Assembly: GCA_964247055.1 (NCBI GenBank)
Contig: OZ176059.1
Span: 2,728,001-2,792,000 of the forward strand
DNA: 64,000 nucleotides
Origin: Paragordius varius
Lineage: Eukaryota; Animalia; Nematomorpha
Direction: 5' to 3'
The notes under the pieces are model-generated. The model was not told the DNA's origin and made no database searches. It saw nothing but the letters and a program-made list of their open reading frames with translations. Of the stretch, positions 11,761 through 26,800 are shown piece by piece. The translations under genes and the position numbers were made by a program. Numbering within the stretch: the stretch's first letter is position 1; every line of letters begins with the position of its first letter.

Positions 11761-12947
11761 CATTTTTCCTTATATTTATATCAATGTTAGATATGATATA
11801 AAGAAAAAATTAGCTTTATTTTTAGCGTTATCCAATAAACAGATATTTTGCAAAAATGTAGTAATGGCGTCGAAGCAGTTTGACATGGAGCTTTTTTTAA
11901 AACAGAATTCTATTTAAATATGGTGGCCTATTTATATAATTTTTATTAGGAATGAAGCATTAATTTAAATTGGAACCGTTTCCTTTATTAGTTTCTTAAT
12001 GATATTATTTAAATGTGGTCTGAGGTCTCTAGTTACCCCAATTTAATAGAAGTGTTAAGAACTTGCTATTTTATTGCATTTAAATGTATAAGCTTTTTTT
12101 ACCACGATTTATATCTATAGCAATATTTGCTACATAAGCATTATTGATATTTGTAAAAATGCATTCTGGAGATATTTTGCCGGATGTTATAATATGTATA
12201 GAATAATAGTTGAATAGTATTATCAATTTATACGTTAATATATTGGATAAATAAGTCGCTTTCCTTACAGTTTTGTAATGGACTATAACACCCAGAGGGT
12301 CCCAAATGTATTTGAAGGATGGATTGCTTTAAATTAATTTGCTGCCGAATTATAGAGCGATTTATCCAAAAATCCAGAAAGATATATCATGGCAAAAAAA
12401 TTACTTTTATAATAATTAACTAGCATAATCTCGGGCTACTACTCAGCTCTATAAAGTCCTTCGGATTTCTTGCGGGGGGGGGGGGGGGTAATAAACACAC
12501 ATTAATTTTGTCTTTATGGAATATAGAGGTTAGACTCACACATATTTGTAAAATTCCTATATAAATAGATGCATAACCTGTGATGTGTCCATTTTGTAAT
12601 GCCGTAGGATTTTAAAAAATCCTACGTTGTCCTATGTAAAGTGCCTATCTCACCAATTCCTAATTAGGCCTGATTATTAAATAATTTGTTAAGACCCAAC
12701 CCTGATTCCAAATAGTGTTTAGATAACATTAGAAGAATGATTCTTAGCCTCAAATAACATCATTTGGTCATATCATTAATAACACCCCCCCCCCCCCCAG
12801 GTTAGGTAATTATAATAAAAGTTCATATCAGGCAGGCTATGGCAAATTTATACCGTTATAATTTGTCATATGCTAGATAACAATAAACAAAAAAATCGTA
12901 AAATGTTAACATATATTATAATCATTAATTTTTTATTTTTTATAAAA

Positions 12948-14960
12948 GACTAGCGTAAATCTCGGGCTGGGGGGGGGAGGGGGGCTAAAGGGACAATAAA
13001 ATGATCCATATATGTGGATTATTTCGAAACATTATTTAATAGCTATGATCTCATAGGATTTTCAAAACGGTGATTCCTACTAATATATTGTTTACTGGTG
13101 TAAAGGCCCCAAATTGAGGACTAACGGAAAAAACCGCCATACTATAATTTTACCTTTTTAAGGCTAATATTTAAAGCCTTTATTAAACTCGTAGCTTCTT
13201 AAGTTTTTTGAAAATTAGCTCCAAAGCCACGCCATTTTTGTATTGGGTCTCAGTTTTAAACCGGTAGCCCCTACTTATAGGCCTATCTGGAAAAAACGCT
13301 ATTAAATTTTTGCCTGAAAATATTTGGAATTATCTTTGATACCATCGTCTCATGGGTTATTCGGAAAAACACCTCAACACTAAATAATCATTATATGATG
13401 GCGTATTTTTAGGGCATAAAGGCCCCAAATTAACGGCTAATAAAAAAAAGCCTAACCTTAATTTTTACCTAGTTACGGGTAATATTTCGAACTTTAAATG
13501 AGCTTATATGGATAAGTTTTAAATTAGTTCCAAAACAACGCAATTTTTATATAGTGGCGCAGTTTTTGGCGGCTAGCTTCTTACCCAGAGGCAGGTAAAA
13601 AAAGCGTCGGGCAAAATTTTTGTCTTTATATGGGGAATATCTGGAATTATAATGTCCATATGTTCCTAGAAGTTTTTGGAAATATTGATCTAAACCAAAA
13701 AATTGTTCTATGGCGGCGAATTTTTCAGGGCGTTAAATCTTTCTTAGCGGTTCATTGAAATAACCCCCTATACTAAAATAATTGTTTTTTAGGGGCATAG
13801 TCTCATAAGTTTTCTGAAATTTGGCTGACATGCTGTATCGATATTGTGACATATTTTTACGCGGGTAGCCCCTACCCAGACGCTATTTAACCGCTAATTT
13901 AAAAAATCCGCTCGACTTAATTTTTTTCCTTTTCACGGGTAATATTTCAGGCCCTTATAAAACTTATATGGGCTGGTTTCGGAAAATTAACTCCTAAACA
14001 ACTCAATTCTGATATGGTGGCGCAGTTTTAGGCGGGTGGATTCCCACCCAGAGGCCAATATAAAAAAGACGTTAGATAAGATTTTTTGCCTTTATATGGG
14101 AATACTTGAAATCATCATTCATTCCATATGATAGTAATGGAAGAATGGCTTCAAAACTAAATAAGAGTGTAATGATAGCGCATTTTTTAGGGCATAAAAA
14201 GCCTATTTAACCGCTAATTTTAAAAAACCGCTCGACTTAAATTTTTCCTTTTTACGGGTAATATTTCAGACCCTCATCAAACTTATATAGCCATATAAGT
14301 TTACTGAAAATTAACTCTTAAACAACGCAATTTTGATATAAGGGCGCAGTTTTAGGCGGGAAGCTCCCTACCCAGAGGCTGATACAAAAAAGCGCTTGAT
14401 TAAAATTCGCCTTTTTACGGAGAATATGTGGAATTATGATTGATCATTGCTCTCATTATTTTTGAACCAATTGCCTGAAAACTGAAGAATTATTCTATGG
14501 TGGCGCATTTTTCAGGGCGTAAAACCTAATTTCCCTTGTTTTGGGTATTATTTTAATCACTTATATATTTTGATATTACGTGGCAGTTTTTAGCGGATAT
14601 CTCCTTATAGGAAACGCACTACGAGAGTGTTTGTTTTTTAACATGAATAACCGTCCTCATCGAACTTTTTCTTGTTTGGGCGAAAAATAGATTTTAATAT
14701 TTTTGAGGGACTTCATTTTTTTTAAAAAATGGCTTTTTACGGGGGGGGGTGGGCTGGAAAAGAGGGCCTAAATAAAAAAGCGAGCCGACCATGTTCGGCG
14801 CGAAAAAAAAGTTAAAAATAAACCCTATTTGAAATTGAATGACTCGTGTTATCAAAAAAAGTCTAGAATAGATCTACCGGTTATTTGGAAACAGATCAGA
14901 AAGCCAGCATTTTCCATTTCATTATATAGATTTTTTAAAAAACAATAAATGCGACAGATG
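12948..14960 (+). mobile_element. Unclassified dispersed element with an internal tandem array of about 150/320-bp units (copy A)
   Basis: Recurring ttttagggc, gtagcccctac and aaatttttgcctttatatgggg motifs; about 13180-14940 matches the reverse complement of about 48400-49980. Confidence 0.65.
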
Positions 14961-15634
14961 CCATACAAAGCATATTTTTGAGTTGTCCTGATTTCATTGG
15001 TATTTTTAGAGTTATTTTTTAAAAAATTTCTGGAGTCAGGAACCAAAGTAATATGGTGTTAAAAAGCGCTCGCTATACTCAAACATTTATTAATTTTCAT
15101 TTTAAAATTTTTTTCTATTAAATCTATGTGCAAATTCTTGCCATAATTCGACCGCTCCATCACTGTGAGCAGGGCCAAACAAGGGGCTAATTACAAATAT
15201 TTGAGATCATTGTCACACTAGCTTCCATGTTTTGCTTTATGAGCGAGAAATATATGACAAGTATATATGGTCATTAGTTAATGGATTTAGAAGTTTTTTT
15301 ACCTCATTTTAAAAAATATCACCAATTGACTTATTCTGAGCTAATGATTGAGATACATAAAACATTTGAGTTGCAGTGAATAGATATTTTTTACATAAGG
15401 TGCGTTTGAACTGATGCTTGATTTAATGGTCGTGTCCATAAATAATCTATAACCATATAATGGCGCCATACGCATTTTTGGAAAATCGCAAGCGCGATAC
15501 TTTGGTAATATTGTCAAGTCTAGATGGGAGAGTTATAACTTATTATTTTAATTGTGGCTTTTTGTTTGATTTTATCTTGGAGCCAATTGATTTAAAAATA
15601 CCGTTTGCTACGCTATCATACCTTTCAACAAACA

Positions 15635-15990
15635 TGTTGTTGTTGTTGCTAAGGTCAATTCCGACTAACTGCAGCATTGAAAACATAACTTCTCCATTCA
15701 ATGCGAATACAAAATCTGACGTTTTGTTTAGATAATGTTTGGTTGGTTTCTTTGAGGATGTTATCAATCCAGCGAGTTAATTTTCTTCCTCTTTTATGAG
15801 CACCACTCACATTTCCCAACATCAGTGACTTTTTAAGTGAGTTAGATCTCACAATGTGGCAAAAAAAGGATAGATTTTGCCCTATTAGGCTGCCCAGTAG
15901 TGACATTTCCGGTTTAATTTTATTTTAAATAGTGGCGTTAGGAATTTTGTCTGTCCATTTTATTTGAAAAAGTTTCCTCCATAATTTATT
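15635..15990 (-). mobile_element. 5'-truncated RTE-type LINE 3' fragment
   Basis: Minus strand encodes LSFFCHIVRSNSLKKSLMLGNVSGAHKRGRKLTRWIDNI (RTE C-terminus) and ends in a (caa)n tail; homologous to 55205-56240 and 56420-57150. Confidence 0.8.
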
Positions 15991-17603
15991 AGTCATTCGT
16001 CAATAAATAAATAAATGTTTTATATAATTCAATATTCAATATCTGAAAGCCTCATTATAATGACCATCGAAATAAATGAGGTAAATATACTAATAAATAG
16101 TTATTTTATTTTTTAGGCTATTAGAAAACAAAAAAACAAAAAAAACTATCTTGGTATAATATAATTATTCTGTGATGGTAAAATGTGTTAGATTTACATG
16201 GTGCTTATTGTATTGAGCCTTATTAGTCATAAATTATTTTTAATTTCATCGTGATAATCTTTTAAAATCGAAACTTTTTTATTACGCTACATATATTATT
16301 TTAGGTAAGATATTTTGGGCGATAAGATAACCGACCATTTGCCTTAAAATTTTTGTTGCGGTTTCAATGTATTTGCAAAAGATGTTTTGATTCTATAACC
16401 AGTTAATTTGTTGGCCAAATAATTATGTAATTTGTTTGAAATTTTGATTTTGGTAGGATGTGAATAATTATTCGAACATAAAATTGTAACTATTGTTTCA
16501 AACATCCAAAAAATATAGTTTTTGATTAATATGGATAAATAATGGTTAACATATTATATTAAGATTTTGGAAAAATAAATGAAAAGTCTAAGGCGATTTT
16601 TATTCCAAAAACGGTTTTCGGAAAAAAGTTTACGGTAGGCATGCCGTTTCTAATCGTTGCAAATATTTAAAATCGAAAAATGGCAAGCACACAAAATATT
16701 TTGTTTAAATTAAATTGTATTTAAATAAAGGAATCATTATATTTGGTTATGAGCTCCAAAATTCTCGCTTTTTTTCGTCTGCTAAAATGAGCCAATGTCC
16801 TTTTGGTTGCACATGGAATTTGCCAGGTGCATTCATAATTTAATAATGGTTTAACTAAAGAAGGACGGAAAAAATATGCAGATGATTAATTCAATAATAC
16901 ATAACGCATTTTATACATTTGACTTTAAACCACAGCACATACTGGTTGAGTTAACCCAAAACTAGCTTATTTTTATCATTCAGTAATCATGTCGTTTGTT
17001 CCTGAAATGAAGGTTTGCGGCAATGCCATCAAAAGAATAAAAACTGTTACAACTTTAAGTTTGCGGGATGAAACATATGGTAAACATGCTCCATCAATTA
17101 AAACATGTGTAACAAGGTTACGAGTGAAAGAGTGTTGCGCTCTAGTAGACCACACGATTGCGAAGGCGTTAAACAAGAGCTATTGAATGTAGGATGCAAG
17201 CTCATACTTAACAACAATGGGCAGTTGCACATATATCACAAAAAACAATTAATAAATATCTACATCACAAAAAACCATCAATAGATACCAACGAGCAATG
17301 GGGAAGACGAACAAAATCGGTTAATGGGTTACACAGAACCTCAAATCGAAAATAGCAAAGTGACTTGTAAAATCTTGCTTCAATGCTACGAAATTTATTT
17401 ATTTTGCATCAAATTGGGACGGCTGAGGAATTGCATCTTTATTTTAAATCTAAAGCGAAAAACTCGTGGCTTTTATCTTGATAACCGTTCCACAAATCGC
17501 TTTGGCTAGAAAACCGGGTCTGTGACTTGGGACTATAGCGATATTGTTTATTATATCCTTTATACAAAGCACAACACTATCGCCAACAAATACATAATTA
17601 ACA

Positions 17604-18983
17604 CAGGGATTCGAACCACAACCCGGTTCTTGAAGCTTCAGTAGGAACCGGTTCCGTTGGGTTTAAACCAACCCTGGTCTCATCAGCATTCACTCCGGTT
17701 TCACCTCCAAAATGACTGACTAACAAATGTTTTTTTAACACTTCGATTCAAATTGGGGTATCTAAGTACTCCCTAAATTTGAGTTAGGATTTTTAAAAAA
17801 TAACTGAAGGAAACAGTCCGAATTTAAATTTTTGCTTCTATCCTAATAAAAATTATATAAATATGCCAAAATATCTAAATAAAATTTTGTTTTGAAAAAA
17901 AAGTTCCATGTCAAACTAATTCGACGCCATTTTTATATTACAATTTGCAAAATATCGTCTTTATTTAATTTTTAGGGTAAAATTAAATTTTTTATTTAAA
18001 TTACATCTAACATTGATAAAAATAGAAAAAGCGGTTTATTTTGTAATATATTTTAATTTTACCATTGCACACATGTCACGTTGACTAAATTTTTACCTTT
18101 CGGGTTTAGCTTAAAATAAGTAATATCAAGTATTTTTGAATGAAATTTTTAATATATTTCTATTAATGTTATATATGTTCATAATTTTGCCATAGTTTCG
18201 ATTCCTTCCATATTTGTTATTTAAGAATTAAATTTTAAACAGGCCTGGGGTATTTAACTACCCCAATTTTAATCGAAGGACTAAAATGAATGTGTTGTAT
18301 CAAGTGTTAAAAAAAGAACCTATCGTTTATTTTTATTTAATATTGATTAAATAATAACATTTTTCTCCATTATATAAAATATACATCATAATTTTAAAAT
18401 TTTTTCTTTAAATTTTATTTTTTTAAAAAATTGATTGTGTAAAACCGCTTTCTTCTCTTATCTGATTGAAATGGAATTACCATGTTAACAATATTTTTTA
18501 AATAATTTACTTTTAACGCTTGAAGGGAACCACACACATAATTATCGTATAAGTACATTTATCTTATTGATTTATGAGGCCCTAAAACTTTTTTTTTGGC
18601 CACAAATTTTTCAAAATAATAAATTTTATCTGTTAGGTTGCATTAGCGGTACATTTTACAGCTTACAACATATGAAAACCTTTTCCATTCAGATCGGATA
18701 AGTAAGCTGACATAGTTCAATCATGTTAAATAAAAATTTTCTTCATAGATGCGGTAGTTGATACAAATACACTTAATACCTACCTTTGTACTTATATAAA
18801 TTTGACTTTTTATCTTTCTAATATATTATGTTTTGATTTCATTTGTTGATATTTTGTTTTATATTATCATAGTAAAATTGTTGAATGAAAATTAAGTTTA
18901 CGAAAAGTCAGGAACCATAGAACCAGTTCCGTTTAAACCATTTCGGTTCAGGTTTCACTTTTTCGCAACGGTTTAAAGCCCTG
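17604..18983. mobile_element. hAT-like non-autonomous element with a nested piggyBac-like MITE
   Basis: Ends cagggattcgaacc / ggtttaaagccctg with subterminal aaccg/ggttc clusters; no TSD seen. Confidence 0.4.
17739..18306 (+). mobile_element. piggyBac-like MITE (copy 2)
   Basis: TTAA|CACTTCGATTCAAATTGGGGTA ... TACCCCAATTTTAATCGAAG-spacer-TCAAGTG|TTAA; TTAA on both sides. Confidence 0.75.
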
Positions 18984-19549
18984 TTTTTTTGTTATAGCAT
19001 CTATTAAATTATCAAACATTGGCTTTGTTTCCTAGTTAAAAGGGCTACATTTTATTGGATTTTATTTTATAAATCTAGGTTTTCGCTTATTACTACTAAA
19101 TTCTTTCAACAGGTTGTACCTAATTATTTGGTTTATAACATTTGTTTTCAACCAAAAAATTTTATTTGATAATGTGTGCAAATTTGGTAATTTTTTAAAT
19201 CTTTTGACCGATGAGCCATTAAAAACTTCACGAGATTCTGCCATTCTAAGGATAAAAATATTATTAATATATTAACCCTTAATTTTTAGGTTATTGGTTC
19301 GTATTGTTTCCCAATCGGATGTTATAATTGCCTGTTTACGTAAACGAAATTGGGAAACTTATGGGCCAAATGTCATTTTAGATTAATTAAACTGAGAATT
19401 AGTGTAATGTTAATAAGTGGGGCTATATAACACAATGCACAAAAGCAGGGGTCGTGAAAAATATCTTGATATAATAAATATATCCTGGTAGAAAAATGTA
19501 TCAGGATTATAATAATGCCTTTGGTTTTAACTTTTACGAGAGAAGAAAG

Positions 19550-20222
19550 TTATTTACATTTTTGTGCTAAGTGCTCCATATCAAAAAATGGCAAAATTTG
19601 AGGATTTTTTGATTCATTCCAAAAAATATCACTAGTTATATCATAAACTACTTATAAAAAACAAAAATTTTGATAAAATTTTAATTTTTGAATGCCGAAA
19701 GTCTCAACTTTTTTTCTCTTCTAAAACGGGCCGCTAAATTTGCAATTTTCGGCATCAAAAAAATATTTCTTAAAAAATAACAAAATTCATATTTAAAATA
19801 AATTTGAAGACAAACGAATATCTTAATCAAATCTGAGGTGATAGAAATGATCAGCATCATCAAATTATATATTAAAAGTGTTATAATAGCTAAAAGCGTT
19901 CTGTCTTACCAATTTTTTCTAAAAATTAAATAATTAAAAAAATATGCATTTTTTAAAAAATATTTTTGATGTCATAATTTAGCCTTTATTAATTTTGCGT
20001 TTATTTTAAAAGAAATAGCCGTTTTAGAAGAGAAAAAATAATTTGGAGCGCATTTAAATTTTTTATAGCAAATTTTGTTTTGATTTTGTAAGTAGTTTAT
20101 AATATATTTTAGTGATATTTTTTGGAATGAAGCATTTTGTTTTTATAAAATTTTTTTACAAAAAATGTGCTCAATTTTTGCCATTTATATTAAGGGCTTA
20201 CGTCAAAAGTGTAAATATTTTT
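19550..20222. repeat. Diverged long inverted repeat (foldback/MITE), arms about 210 bp
   Basis: ttcattccaaaaaatatcact..aaactactta..ttttctcttctaaaacgg (about 19610-19770) versus its reverse complement at about 20018-20135. Confidence 0.6.
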
Positions 20223-20857
20223 TTATATTACTTGTAAAATTTTATAACTTAGCGTTACCCAAGCCAAATATACTCTTATATTGCTATTAAAAATAAAGTG
20301 GAATTACATAAATGACATGTAAGTTAAAACTAAAAGCACTGCAAAATACAAAATTTAATTATGTGATGATGCTTTTATTCTAACTCTTTTATTTACAAAT
20401 ATTATTTTACAGGATTTAGCGATGCCTTAGAAAATTTATTAGCAGATAGCGATCTGATATATTTTTAGCTAGTTCGAACACCTAAAGCCTCATAAAAACT
20501 CTTATACATTGTTCTGCCAGTAAATCTAGATATTTTTGATCCTGCAAATATCTATTTTGTCCAAAAGTTCACATTATTTAAATTTTTGACCAATTATTTT
20601 TAATAATCTATTTGCTTATTGAAACACTATTACCGATTATAAATTAATGTAAAAAATTATTACGAAATAATGTTGATCAATAAAAGATAGAGATAGTTTT
20701 TACAATATTATTCAGTGTTTTATTTTTTAAAATACTCACATTTTCAATGAATGTATCATTCAAATATTTCATATGTAATTTTTAAATTTAACGCACTTTT
20801 AAATTTTTATTTATAATTTGTCATTGTCGAATCGTGCATTTATTCCGCAATCTCACC

Positions 20858-23800
20858 ATGTTTATCTGCTCAATATCTCACAAATATTTTAAATTATTAC
20901 CATTTTCATTTCTATTGTTATGTTTTTCCACACGGAGTCAAGATGTTAATGATTGTTATGACCGTAATAATAGACCTCAAAGATGCATGCCTCCCTTTCA
21001 AAATGCTGCATTTAACATTCAAGTCAATGTAACAAATACGTGTGGCGAAAGGTACCCCATTGAATATTGTCTTCAAACGGAAGCCCATGGGCCTAGCTCG
21101 ACTTGTCGCGCATGTGACAGTCGATTCCCAAATTTATCTCATCCTGCTGCATATTTGACAGATTTTAACAATAACGATAACTTAACCTGGTGGCAATCTG
21201 AAACTATGTTACAAAATATTCAATATCCGAATTCAATTAATTTAACCCTTAATTTAGGTAATTAAAATGCTTTTTGTACTAATGCCACAATACAGGGAAT
21301 ATATATTACCCATTTATTTATCAATTAGTAACTCCTTTTTGTTTTACGTGAAAGTTTTTTTTTTGAAATCCATTGCTTTTATATGTTATCCCCTGCGCCT
21401 TTATTGCACGTTGGAATTAAATAACGTTATCCAGATTGCTTTTGAAAATTTTTTTCCATTCCATTCCTTTCCCCCTATTTAAATTATCCCCATGAGAAAA
21501 AGCAAAAAATTATACATATATGTGCATCTTTTTTATCCATTCTCTTATTAGAAAAATTTATTTATAGAGTATAATTTATTTTCCTATATAGCCAGGCCAG
21601 AAATGAAGAGTTTTAAGATCACACAGTAGCGTATGCTAACAAACATCAAATGGTTGAAATTAAACCATTTTTCCTATGTTTTTATAATTTTTTATACAAT
21701 AATAATGGACAAGCTTTGTTATGCCCCATACGCTACTGTATAAAAAGTTTTATATTTACATTTCTATTTGTTGTTTTTGCTTTTATAAACTTCACAACAT
21801 TTCCAGATTCCTACATGTGCCGGAATATGCTAGATTTTTGAACCCCATGCATAATTACTACTTACTGTATAGTTATATAGAAAAAACATATGGGGATGAT
21901 ATTTATTGTTTGATAAAATGTATAAAAGTGAAGATTTTTTAAAAAAACATATTGGGAAGAAAGTTACAAGTTTTTGCTTTTTTTGAAATAAATTTTAATA
22001 AGCTGTGTTTTGCGAAAAAAAATTTTTTTTATTTATTTCTTAAGTATAAATACCGACCGCTCGAAAACAATCGCATTGTAATAAGTGTATTTGAGTTTTT
22101 AATTAAAATTTATAACATTTTGACCATTTTATTTTACATTTCTTTGAGGAAAAAAATTAGGCAAAAAAGTTTACACCAACATATGGTTTAAAACATACTT
22201 TAGGTTAAAAAACGATTTTTCTTTATATATTATAATACAAATTTATTTTTTAAGGATAGAGTCTGAATATACCATACCACATAGTACCGTATAAAAAAAA
22301 TTATTCGGTTTAATTATGCTCACTGTTAGAAATGCAAAATAAAAAGAGACAAATGTCGCAATGTGTCCCCTATGTCTCCTCTTGACCATTAACAAATAAT
22401 TATAATGCATGTGTTTGCCTATAATTATATACATTTTAATTTATATAATTAGTAATTAGCACACATGTGCCCATTTATAAAGGTATTTTTACATGTATAC
22501 ATTATAGTATTTTTGTAAAAGCAGAATTTATTTTGCTTAATATATGGCAATAAAATAATACAGTATGAGTAAGTACAGTATATGACATAAAAAGATGATT
22601 ACACACATGTACTATTCGTAATTTATGTTTAAAATTTTACTTATTTATAAACTATAGGTAAATCATTTGACATAACGTACATACGGCTTAAGTTTCGATC
22701 CCCACGGCCCGAAAGTTTTGCCATATATAAACGGACCGATAGCTCTAAGCGTTGGCAACCATACCAATACTACAGTGCTACGTGCGAAGAAACATATGGT
22801 CTCCCAACTTCCACAATCATCCCCGAGGGACAAGAAACGACCGCCATTTGTACGTCAGAATCGAGTGACATGTCACCCCTGACGGGTGGAAATATAGCTT
22901 TCAGTACGCTCGAGGGACGTCCCAACGCCTTCAAATTTGAGAATAGTTCTATTCTCCAGGTTACATAATTTTTTATTAAAAGGCAATCACAGATTATATT
23001 AAAACCTATAATTGTTTTGGATTGAAAAGGAATATGGAATAAATCTATATTGATAATTCGCTCAATTATTTATATGCTTAACAATAAAACAATCAAGGAT
23101 CCATTAGATGTGATGTTTTGTCTTTAAAATATTAATTCTTATTTGCATATATATGTATATATAAGGTGTCGAAAAGTTTGGGTTGATTATAATATTTGTA
23201 GGGGTTTCATGAATCTGGAAAAATATCTAAAGCCGCTTACATAAAAGAATTTTTGCCACATGATGTTTATATGTATGATAAAGTAGCGTATCGTATAAAT
23301 ATTTCTTGTTGTAATGAAGTATTTGCCTATATACTTGATACATGGATACAACACATTCATTTCAGCCCTTCGATTCGAATTGGGGTCGTTTGATACCCCA
23401 AGCCTGTTTAAAATCAAATTCTTCAAAAAATATGGAAGAATTGGAGCCATGTCAAAAATTTGCACTTATATAACATTAATGAACTGATATTAAAAAAAAT
23501 TTATTGAATACTTGATATTACTTAATTTAATGTAAAACCCAAAGATAAAAAAGTTAGTCAAAATGACATGCGTTTATTAGCTTAATTTAAAAATAATAAA
23601 AATAAACCACTTTTTCTCCAAAAAATTAGCTTTTATTTTAGCTTTGAAATTAAAAAAGCCCGATATTTTGCAAAAATGTTGTAAAATAAAAATGGCGCCG
23701 AAGTAAGTAGTTTGTTCAATACTAAATTTTATTTAGATTTATATAAGTTTTATTAGGATAGAAGTATATACTAAAATTGTTTTCATTCACTAGTTTTTTA

Positions 23801-26800
23801 ATATCAATTTAAATATAATTTGGGGTATTTACCCAATTTGAATCGAAGTGTTTAGAAATGTAAACTTTTCTTTTTTATTGCAGCACCACACAAAATTAGA
23901 TCGATCAACTTTGTATAATAATACAAATTTTGGGACTGATATTTAAAAGATTTTTCAATACGTCGGTTTTAGTTCCGACTAGGGTTGTGCATTTGACTGC
24001 TTTTTCAAAAAAGTCCGGTCAGACCCAGTTATTTTTACCCATTTAACGAAAAAAAAATTTTGATAAAATAAAGGATACATGACTGTATTATCAAAAAATA
24101 CCCTTATGAACATAATAACATATATATAAATTTATTTAGTTTACTTTTAATTTTGTAAATTTTAGCTAATTTTATACAATGAGTGTTAAAAATCATGTAT
24201 TATTTTTGGCCTTTTACCGCTCGAAAGGCAATGTTACTTCACCGGTTTTGGAATCTGCAAGTTGTCCAAATATTTGTCGATATAAAATTTTAAATTTTAT
24301 CAACAATGGTTTTAATGCAAATTGTTTCTTATATACCATTTACAATTTATATTCACCCTTAAACAATTCAAATTCACCCTAAAAATAAAAAATATGTGCT
24401 TTCGGAGGCTAATATAACTTATCATTTATATGAAATATATATTTATGGGCATTGTTTATTATTTTTTCAGTATTATTTAATTTTAACAAAGCTTTATTTT
24501 ATTTAAAAAATATGAAAAAATATAAGTAATTTTTAATTTTAAAAGACACATAATTCAATTTAGGGTGGATTCAAATTGTTCAAAGGTGTGAATTGAGGGT
24601 GAATTTGAAGTGTAAACCGTATAATTAACTACGATATTTCTTGTAAAATAATTGTAATTACGGCGGATGTTTGTGTTAATTTTTCCACATATTACACACC
24701 AAATAAATAGTTTAGTCCAGTTTTGATCTAAGAAATCAGATTGTATAACTCTAAATTGCACATATAACAATAAAAAGAGATGAAATGTTGTTTAATTATA
24801 AAAAGAAAGTAAATATTGTTTAACAATAATCGACACCTCAAATTAATACATAAATGTAAGGCAACATTAATTGACCTGCTCATGTTTAAAACATTTTAAC
24901 TTACGTGATTTGAAACTACACCAAATTTTTTTTTTAGTTTTGGAAATAAAATAAATACGTTTTGCATGCTAGGAATGGGTAACGGCCACCGATATTCGCA
25001 TAGTACTGAATCGATTGAATACGTTTGGGGATGAAATCTTTAATGACACTAAAGTGCTCAAATCCTATTATTATGCCATCTCTGATTTCGCCGTGGGGGG
25101 AAGGTACATTTATTCATTTTTTCATCTACTGCATATTTTTTCCATCCTTAACTTTTAGTGTTCAAAAATAATATTCTATATTAGTTTGGGATATTATTGA
25201 TGAAAGTAATAACCTAATATGAGTAAAGATGTAAATTCAGTTTAAGTTACCCTTGAACAATTCAAATTCACTCTAAAAATAAATTATGTGTCTTCGAACT
25301 AATATACCTCATTATTAATATGAAATGTAAGGCATAATTTATTATTTTTTTAGTATTATATTAATTTAAAAATATCTAAAAAGATAGGTATTTTTTAATC
25401 TTAAAAAACATATATTTTATTTGAAGAGGAATATAAATTGTTTGAGGGTGAAGTTAAATTGTTCAAGATAAATTTGAATTGTTTAAGGGTTAGTTCGATT
25501 TGAATTGCAAATGGTATACATTGTTAGTTTTTATTTAATTTTGCCTGATATATGCAGCAGCAATAAAAGGCACTATATGTCCTCTTTGCTTTATAATAAT
25601 GCTTATCTGGCAAAAATTTATGAAATAAACTAGCAATGCATGCTTATTCCTACTCTATATCAGAATTTTAAAGTAACTTAAGATTATAAGTTTACCTTTT
25701 GAAGGTGAAAATGAAAATTTTGACTTTAAAAGTCACCAGCTTTTTTATTACTCAATCAAGGTTAAAATGGGTAAAAGTTGATGGTGAGTAAACTGCTTTA
25801 TTTGCACACATATTTGTGATTTATGATATAATAACATAGAAACTGAAGATTGGTAAATTTTTTTGTTAAATATTGTTATGTCTGTTTTTTTTTTCATTTA
25901 AAATAACCATTATTTTTTGTTTTAACACAATTGTTAGTCCTTAAAACTAAGTGCTGTGCTTGTTCAAATTAAAAAAGGCAGTGTTGTAAGTGATAAAATG
26001 TGGCCTTTAAAAAATAAAATCCTGCTCTAAACTAAAAGTTGCCATTTTCAATATACCTCGGAAGGGAAAAAATGTTACCTTACGAAAAAATAATGTCATT
26101 TTCAATATCCAAGAAAAAATTTTGTCTTTTCATTCAAATGCTGTTTTAAATATACTCTACAGTTCAATTTCACCCTTAAACAATTCAAATTTACCCTCAA
26201 ATAAAATATATGATTTGGAGATTAAAATTTACCTATATTTTTATATATTTTAGAAAAATTAAAATTTTGTTTTAATTTAAAATAACACTGAAAAAATAAT
26301 AAACTCTGCCATAAAGATATATTTTATATCATTTAATGAGTTATAATAGTTCGAAAACACATAATTTATTTATGGGGTGAATTTGTGAATTGTTCGAGGG
26401 TGAATTTGAATTGTTCGAGGGTGAATTTGAATTGTTCGGGGTGAATTTGAATGTTAAAAGCAGTATATATATATATTTTCTCGATCTAGATGCAAATGTA
26501 ACGGACACGCCAAGGAATGCGTCCCCTCTACGGGTGAAGGTTTACCCCAACGTCTTGTGTGCCGTTGTGAACATAACACAGCTGGGACGGATTGTGAGCG
26601 GTGTGCCCCGTTTTACAATGATAGACCTTGGCAACGAGCCACGTTATTCAATGCGTTCGAATGCCTGGCCTGTGATTGCCATGGGCTTTCGGACCGTTGT
26701 TACTTTGATGAGGAAATGTATCGGAGAACGGGACACGGTGGTCATTGCATCGAGTGTCAACGGAATACGGATGGCCCACATTGTGAAAGGTGTAAGGAGA

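Larger units (their letters stand above)
11102..12054 (-). mobile_element. piggyBac-like MITE (copy 1 of 4) carrying a nested hammerhead insertion
   Basis: Ends ttag|cacttgg ... gaagtg|ttaa; internal inverted repeat ttcaactaaattggggta / taccccaatttaatagaag; body homologous to 17739-18306, 23332-23850 and 51506-52001. Confidence 0.7.

Noticed and set aside
16980-17560. Possible degraded hAT transposase (minus-strand TRFSSQSDL / VERLSR segments) and short ORFs on both strands
   Set aside because: Only a few residues resemble the hAT TRW/FxS motif, with many stops and frameshifts; not supportable without a profile search.
17650-17695. Minus-strand CTGATGAGACC...GGTTTAAAC
   Set aside because: G12 is replaced, there is no UH cleavage triplet and no stem I; it lies in the subterminal repeats of a hAT-like element.
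26390-26460. ORF starts such as [16 protein letters not shown] (also 54273, 59976 and 31075-31305)
   Set aside because: These are translations of the 21-bp subrepeats of the foldback MITE, not genes.
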